From: Longimicrobiales bacterium
GTDB lineage: Bacteria; Gemmatimonadota; Gemmatimonadetes; Longimicrobiales; Gaopeijiaceae
Direction: 5' to 3'
Assembly: GCA_965116905.1 (NCBI GenBank)
Contig: OZ220732.1
Span: forward strand, 1,344,001-1,408,000
Length of the DNA: 64,000 nt
In this document: positions 58,454 to 64,000 of the stretch, in pieces
Layout of the letters: each line of letters starts with the position of its first letter
Position numbering within the stretch: position 1 is the stretch's first letter
Notes under the pieces: generated by a model
The model's input: the letters and a program-made list of their open reading frames with translations, nothing else
Database searches by the model: none
Told to the model about the DNA's origin: nothing
Program-made: the position numbers and the translations under genes

Positions 58454-58597
58454 GCGCCGAATATCGACGGACTCGCCGCAGTGGGCAACGACCGGCATCG
58501 TGCTGGAAATCACCCCGGCGCCGGGCTAGCATTGTGGAAGCAGCCCGACCCACACGCCCGGTCACTTGCCACAGGCCCGGAGGAGACCACGCCAACG

Positions 58598-60529
58598 ATG
58601 TCAGTTGAACGTCTGATGAGAGCCGCGATCGCATTTCTGCTGACCCTCGGCGCATGGGCCTGCGACTCACCCGGTGCGCCTGCGGGAGGCTCGCCCTGGG
58701 AGCGCACCCGCGAGGCCGCGAACGGTGGCGACCCGGCCCACCTGGCCTGGCTCGAGGACAACTACGACAAGAGCGAGCACATGGTCTCCATGCGGGACGG
58801 CGCACAGCTGTACACGATCGTCTACACGCCCCGCTTCACGACCGAGCCGGTGCCGGTCATGCTGTTCCGCACACCGTACTCGATCGCACCGTACGAGCCG
58901 GATCAGTACCGCAACCCGCTCGGGCCGTCCGCCGAGTTCGACCGGGCGGGCTACGTGTTCGTTTTCCAGGACGTGCGCGGCAAGTTCCGGTCCGAGGGCG
59001 ACTTCGAGGTCATCCGCCCGCTGGCGCCCAAGCCCAAAGGGCCGACGACGGTCGACGAGAGTACCGACAACCACGACGCGATCGACTGGGCGCTCGCGAA
59101 CGTGGAGGGCCACAACGGCAGGGTGGGGCAGTGGGGGATTTCCTACCCGGGCTGGCAGACCGTCATGGGGATGGTGGATGCGCATCCGGCGCTCGCCGCG
59201 TCGTCTCCTCAAGCTTCCCCCTCCGACATGTTCATAGGGGACGACTGGCACCACAACGGCGCCTTCAGAGTCATGTACGCCTTCTCCTGGCTCGCCAGAA
59301 ACGCACGCAGGCGAGATGCGCCCACCGACGCGCGGGAGGGTCCCTTCGACTACGGCACCGACTCCGGCTACGACTTCTTTCTGGCCGCGGGGTCGGCGGC
59401 GAACATCAACGACCTGTACTTCCATGGCGATGTTCCGGCCTGGAACGATTTCATCGAGCACGACACGTACGACGAATACTGGCAGCGGCAGAACGCGCTA
59501 CCGCACCTGCGCGGCATCCGGCACCCGATCCTGAACGTCGCGGGTTGGTTCGACACCGAGGATTTCTACGGGCCCATGTCGATCTACAGGACGATCGAGG
59601 CGGAGAATCCGGGCACCGAGAACACGCTCGTGGCGGGTCCGTGGCTGCATGGCGGGTGGTCGCGCATGCTCGGCGACAACCTGGGGTGCATCGAGTTTGT
59701 CGACGAGACTTCGGTGACCTTCCAGCGGGAGGTTCAGTTCCCGTTCTTCGAGCATCATCTGCGGGGGGTGGAGGGTTGGGCGGCGCCTGAAGCGTTCGTC
59801 TTCGAGACCGGGTCGAATGTGTGGCGCACGCACGAGACCTGGCCGCCGGCGGGCGTCGAGCCGGTGTCACTTTACCTGGCCGACGATCGTGGCCTTTCCT
59901 TCGATCCGCCGTCCGGGCCGGGTGGCTCGGACAGCTATGTCAGCGACCCGAACAATCCCGTTCCATTCTCGGCAGAGGAGCGGACGACGCTCGGGCATCT
60001 CTGGAAGGTCGAGGATCAGCGCTTCGCGTCGGCGCGGCGGGACGTGCTGGTGTACGAGTCGGAGCCGCTCGCGGAGGACCTGACCATCGCGGGACCGATC
60101 CTGGCGGACATCTTCGTATCGACGACCGGCACCGATTCCGACTGGATCGTGAAGGTGATCGACGTCTATCCGGACGATGCCCCGGACTCGCCCTTCTGCG
60201 ACGTGCCGATGGGTGGCTACCAGATGCACCTGGCGGGCGAGATCATGCGCGGCCGCTTCCGCAACAGCCTGGAGCACCCGGAGGCGATGGTGTCGGGCGA
60301 AGTCACGCCGATCCACATCGACCTGAGGGACCGCTACCACACCTTCAAGGCCGGCCACCGGATCATGGTGCACGTGCAGAGTTCGTGGTTCCCCGCGTAC
60401 GACCGCAATCCGCAGCAGTTCGTCAACACGTACACCGCCAGTCCCGAGGACTATGTGGTGGCGTCGCAGACGGTGCACCGGGGCCCGAACTACCCATCGC
60501 GGGTGACGTTCGGGGTGGTGAGGGACTGA
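58598..60529 (+). CDS. CocE/NonD-family hydrolase (alpha-amino acid ester hydrolase-like lipoprotein)
   Basis: MRDG..L, RTPY, QDVRG, GISYPG nucleophile, GWFDTED, GPWLHG; AWAC lipobox; GGAGG RBS. Confidence 0.92.
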   Translation: MSVERLMRAAIAFLLTLGAWACDSPGAPAGGSPWERTREAANGGDPAHLAWLEDNYDKSEHMVSMRDGAQLYTIVYTPRFTTEPVPVMLFRTPYSIAPYEPDQYRNPLGPSAEFDRAGYVFVFQDVRGKFRSEGDFEVIRPLAPKPKGPTTVDESTDNHDAIDWALANVEGHNGRVGQWGISYPGWQTVMGMVDAHPALAASSPQASPSDMFIGDDWHHNGAFRVMYAFSWLARNARRRDAPTDAREGPFDYGTDSGYDFFLAAGSAANINDLYFHGDVPAWNDFIEHDTYDEYWQRQNALPHLRGIRHPILNVAGWFDTEDFYGPMSIYRTIEAENPGTENTLVAGPWLHGGWSRMLGDNLGCIEFVDETSVTFQREVQFPFFEHHLRGVEGWAAPEAFVFETGSNVWRTHETWPPAGVEPVSLYLADDRGLSFDPPSGPGGSDSYVSDPNNPVPFSAEERTTLGHLWKVEDQRFASARRDVLVYESEPLAEDLTIAGPILADIFVSTTGTDSDWIVKVIDVYPDDAPDSPFCDVPMGGYQMHLAGEIMRGRFRNSLEHPEAMVSGEVTPIHIDLRDRYHTFKAGHRIMVHVQSSWFPAYDRNPQQFVNTYTASPEDYVVASQTVHRGPNYPSRVTFGVVRD

Positions 60530-60532
60530 AAC

Positions 60533-60571
60533 TGTAAACTCCGGTTGACATGATGTGAACTGGAGTTGACA
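60533..60571. repeat. 39-bp double-palindrome element, copy 5
   Basis: TGTAAACTCCGGTTGACA-tga-TGTGAACTGGAGTTGACA, 3 nt after the CocE stop. Confidence 0.85.
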
Positions 60572-60579
60572 TCCGCAGG

Positions 60580-60627
60580 TTGCCGGTTGGCGGTCCTCAC
60601 TGCATATTGCTCCTAAACATTTAGGAG
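60580..60627 (+). promoter_or_regulatory. Putative sigma70 promoter followed by a palindrome over the RBS
   Basis: TTGCCG-N17-CATATT, then CTCCTAAA-ca-TTTAGGAG (60610-60627). Confidence 0.5.
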
Positions 60628-60636
60628 ACGCCAGCT

Positions 60637-61899
60637 ATGCTCGACCTCCAACTATGCTCAAGGGGGCCCGCAAATCCAGCGCCCGCCCGTTTCGCGCCGC
60701 TGTTCGCGGCCGTCCTCCATGTGGCCGTCTTCCACGCGGCCGCGGCCTGCCAGGACGGTGCGCTGCAGAACCTCCCCGCTTCGCAAGTCCGGGACAGCAC
60801 CGGTATCCGAATTGTCGAGAACGCCCGCCCCGCCGACGATTCGCGATTGCCCTGGCGAATCGGCCGAGAGCCCTCGGTGTCGATCGGCGAAGTGACCGGT
60901 GAGGAAGCGTACATGCTGCACCGGGTGGACGACGCCGTGATGCTGCCGGACGGCCGTATCGTCGTCGCGAACACCGGGACAAGCGAGATCCGCGTTTTCG
61001 ATGCTTCCGGGATGCACCAGGCGACCTGGGGCCGGGAGGGAGGGGGGCCCGGGGAATTCACGGCTCTCGCCGGCGTGGCCCCCTGGCCGGGCGACTCCAT
61101 AGTCGCGTGGGACACGCGGACCGATGCCATCGCCGTCTTCGACTCGGTAGGAGCGTTGGGGCGCTCGTTTGTTCTCGAGGCGGAGGGTCGCCCCGCCGAG
61201 CCCCGGATGCCCATGAACGACGGCACGATTCTGGGGCGGATCGTGGATGCCGGGAGCGGCCCGGGCTACAGGCGCGAGCAGATCACGCACGAAGTGCGCG
61301 ATTCCGACGGACGCATGCTCGTCTCGCTGGGGGAGCACGCCGGGCGCGAGTCCTTCATCAACATGGACGGCCGCATGGCGGTGTTCGGCCTGCTGCCGTT
61401 CAGCCGCTCGCTGCACGAGGCGCTTTGGGGCGAGATGGTCATCCTCGCTCCGGACGATCACTACGAGATCCGTGCCTACGACCGGACGACCGGACGACTC
61501 GCGCGCATCGTTCGCCGCGACTACGCCAATCGTGCACCGACGCGCGAAGAGGTCGACCGGGCGATCGACGACGCCCTGGAACGGACCAACCTGAGCGGCG
61601 ATCGCCTCGAATGGACGCGCGAGGGCTACAAGGACATGCCGCTGGTGGAGGGCTTCCCGGCGTTTCGGTCACTCCTGGTCGATGTGCTGGACCATCTCTG
61701 GGTGCGGGAAGCGACCCTTCCGGGCATGGACAGGCCCGCACCCTTGTGGACGGTCTTCAACGCAGAAGGGCGGGTCCTGGGGTTCATTGAGACGCCCGAG
61801 GGGCTGACGGTGCTCGAGATCGGCGCCGACTACATCCTGGGGCAGGCCGCCGATGACCTGGGGGTCGAGTCGGTGCAGGTGTGGCCGCTGGAGCGGTAG
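60637..61899 (+). CDS. 6-bladed beta-propeller lipoprotein, paralog 5
   Basis: AAAC lipobox, RDSTGIRIVEN, GPGEF, WTVFN, EIGADY. Confidence 0.85.
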   Translation: MLDLQLCSRGPANPAPARFAPLFAAVLHVAVFHAAAACQDGALQNLPASQVRDSTGIRIVENARPADDSRLPWRIGREPSVSIGEVTGEEAYMLHRVDDAVMLPDGRIVVANTGTSEIRVFDASGMHQATWGREGGGPGEFTALAGVAPWPGDSIVAWDTRTDAIAVFDSVGALGRSFVLEAEGRPAEPRMPMNDGTILGRIVDAGSGPGYRREQITHEVRDSDGRMLVSLGEHAGRESFINMDGRMAVFGLLPFSRSLHEALWGEMVILAPDDHYEIRAYDRTTGRLARIVRRDYANRAPTREEVDRAIDDALERTNLSGDRLEWTREGYKDMPLVEGFPAFRSLLVDVLDHLWVREATLPGMDRPAPLWTVFNAEGRVLGFIETPEGLTVLEIGADYILGQAADDLGVESVQVWPLER

Positions 61900-61905
61900 C
61901 GGGTG

Positions 61906-63279
61906 TCACCACTCCAACACGGGCAACACGTCCTCCTGTAGCCGCCACATCTCGTTGATGAGGCTCACTGCCTGGCGGTAGGACTCGGTGGTGGGGTCCA
62001 GGAGCAGGGCCTGAAGCAGGGGGCGGCGGGAGCCGGATTTGAATGCGTCCACCAGCAGCCGAGTGATGCTGGTCTGCGTGCGGAGCAGTGCGAGGATGCC
62101 CTCGGGGAGTGGTTGCATGGTGAGCGGGTGAAGACCGGATCCGTCGACGGTCGCGGGGACTTCGACCACGGCGCCGTCGGGCAGGCCGGGAACGTACCCG
62201 GCGTTGGGGACATTGACCGCGTCAAGATGATGTTCGACGCCACGCAGGACCCCTTCCAGCAACGGTGCGGCGAGTTCGCCGGAAGGCTCCAGGGGCGCCT
62301 GCTCGGCCTCGCCCGCCCGCTCCTCCCGGCTTCCGCGCGCCCGCTCTCGCCGCGTGTCTGGAAACAGCGGTGTTTCGGTGGGATTGTCCCCGAGGTTGTA
62401 GATCCACGTGGGGACTTCGCCGGTGTCCCAGGGATGGCCCTCGGTGGGGTCGTAAAAGAACTGGAGCGTGCTGCTGGCCAGGAATTCGCCCGCCCAGCGG
62501 ATGTATTCGCCGATGTGGTTGGCGCCGGGGCTCGGGAAGCGTCCGAAGACGCGAAAGAGCGTGCGGCTGAGCGCGATCTCATCCCAGTCGTGCAGCCAGT
62601 CAGCGGCGCGCTCCCGGGCGATTAGGCGCGGGTACAGGTCCTCGCCCGTCTCGCGATCACGTACGGATTCGAACCAGGCGAAGTGGTTCAGCCCACTGGC
62701 GCGTGCGTCGAGGCGGCCGGGCGGCAGGTCGAGAAGCCGGGCCATCTGTTCGATCCCGTGGAAGACGCCGTGGCAGAGCCCGACGACGCGGACGTCGGTC
62801 AGGCGGCTCACCGATTCGCTCAGCCTGGTGAGCGGGTTGGTGTAGTTGACGAGCCATGCGTCGGGACAATGCCGCTCCATGGCACGGGCGACCTCGAGGG
62901 TCGGACCCATATTCCGTAGAGCGTGGAAGAGTCCGCCGGGTCCGCCGTTCTCGCCGTAGATCTGGCGGAAGCCGAAGCTCCGGGGAACGTGGAAGTCCTG
63001 TGCCCAGTAGAAGTAGCGGTTGATCTCGATGGAGAGGACGACGGCGTCGGCACTGGGAAGGGCGTCTGCCACGCGGGTCGAGGCGGACACGGTGGCAGAG
63101 CGGCCCAGGCGGTCAGCGACGGCTTCGGCGTAGGCCTGGGCGCGGGGGAGGCCGGACGGGTCGATGTCCACCAGCGCGATCTCGATGCCTCCATTGCAGA
63201 GGGCGTCGCTGAGAAGGATGTCGCGGGTGGACGCGGGGCCGAATTCGCGGCTGCCCGCGCCGACGAGGACGATCTTCAT
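61906..63279 (-). CDS. Glycoside hydrolase family 4 (NAD+-dependent, alpha-galactosidase-like)
   Basis: MKIVLVGAGS, GENGGPGG, NYTNP, GLCH, GLNH, ALLLDP. Confidence 0.92.
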   Translation of the reverse strand: MKIVLVGAGSREFGPASTRDILLSDALCNGGIEIALVDIDPSGLPRAQAYAEAVADRLGRSATVSASTRVADALPSADAVVLSIEINRYFYWAQDFHVPRSFGFRQIYGENGGPGGLFHALRNMGPTLEVARAMERHCPDAWLVNYTNPLTRLSESVSRLTDVRVVGLCHGVFHGIEQMARLLDLPPGRLDARASGLNHFAWFESVRDRETGEDLYPRLIARERAADWLHDWDEIALSRTLFRVFGRFPSPGANHIGEYIRWAGEFLASSTLQFFYDPTEGHPWDTGEVPTWIYNLGDNPTETPLFPDTRRERARGSREERAGEAEQAPLEPSGELAAPLLEGVLRGVEHHLDAVNVPNAGYVPGLPDGAVVEVPATVDGSGLHPLTMQPLPEGILALLRTQTSITRLLVDAFKSGSRRPLLQALLLDPTTESYRQAVSLINEMWRLQEDVLPVLEW

Positions 63280-64000
63280 GGGGCGGGGGAGGGTGGGTGG
63301 GGAGCCGTGTCGCGGTCTGCGAGCCTCACGGTTGCGACCGCGGCAGCCATGGACACGCCCAGCAGCAGGAGGCCGACTCCGGCCCGCCCGGTGAGCATGC
63401 AACCGATCCCGAGCAGACTGCCGTAGACGAACAGCCCGCCGAGGACGAAGCCGGTCCACATGCGGGAAGCGGGGGGATCCGACGACACCACGCCGGTTCG
63501 GGCGGCTACGGGTGCCCACCATCCGCCGGGTCGCACGCGGCGATGGAAGCGATCGAGGACATCGTCCCTTTCGGGGCTTGTGAAACGAATCACAATCAGC
63601 CAGAGCAGTGTGCAGGTGACCAGGATGACTACGGCGCGTACGAGGTCCATCTCGGGGGCGTAGAAGGCATTCGCCATCTCCAGCAATGACGCGGGCATGG
63701 GAATGGCGCTTTGTGCCGCGCTGAGCAGCAGCCGGCCGTTGGCCAGGACGATCGAACCCGCCATGGCCGCAATCTCGGCCCACGCGTTCACCCGCCACCA
63801 GTACCACCGGAGCAGCCATACGATCGCCACGCCCGCCGTCAGCTCGATGATGTAGATCCACCCCCGCTGGATCGACTCCATCTGCCAGGCGACGAGAGCC
63901 GCGAGCACCGCCAGTCCTACCACCGCCACCCGCGACGCGGTCACGTAATGGCGTTCGGCCGCGTCGCGTTTCACGAATCGGCGGTACACGTCGTTAACCA
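63276..64000 (-). CDS. Sodium:solute symporter family protein (5' truncated by window edge)
   Basis: VNDVYRRF, LLRWYWWRVNAWAEI, F..RVRP.GWW, multiple TM helices; ATGA-coupled to GH4. Confidence 0.85.
   Translation of the reverse strand, partial: VNDVYRRFVKRDAAERHYVTASRVAVVGLAVLAALVAWQMESIQRGWIYIIELTAGVAIVWLLRWYWWRVNAWAEIAAMAGSIVLANGRLLLSAAQSAIPMPASLLEMANAFYAPEMDLVRAVVILVTCTLLWLIVIRFTSPERDDVLDRFHRRVRPGGWWAPVAARTGVVSSDPPASRMWTGFVLGGLFVYGSLLGIGCMLTGRAGVGLLLLGVSMAAAVATVRLADRDTAPHPPSPAP

Noticed and set aside
57488..58597. Apparent 370-aa N-terminal extension of the CocE/NonD hydrolase
   Set aside because: It is the antisense frame of the tauD-like gene; the real start is 58598 with an RBS and lipoprotein signal.

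Overview
Gene-dense, very GC-rich bacterial chromosomal segment with about 55 CDS. I found no rRNA, tRNA, CRISPR array or intact mobile element. Gene content suggests Gemmatimonadota, possibly a marine or sponge-associated lineage (inference only), based on expanded 'RDSAGIRIVEN' beta-propeller lipoproteins, barrel-less plug proteins and an ABC-permease/M1-peptidase fusion. The window holds the 3' end of gyrA, a TonB receptor plus lipoprotein unit with phased upstream repeats, DsbA/VKOR, XdhC/MocA maturation genes, a FadJ-type enzyme and metG. It also has a tryptophan -> kynurenine -> anthranilate -> 2-aminobenzoyl-CoA catabolic cluster, many exported hydrolases, two decayed hicAB loci, a GMC 3-keto-glycoside-type module and a GH4/SSS unit. 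The most striking unexplained signal is a dispersed AT-rich 39-bp element, two TGT-N12-ACA palindromes (best form TGTAAA-N6-TTTACA) separated by exactly 3 bp. It occurs 5 times in unrelated contexts: after stop codons, between convergent genes, over a start codon, and in-frame inside a CDS.
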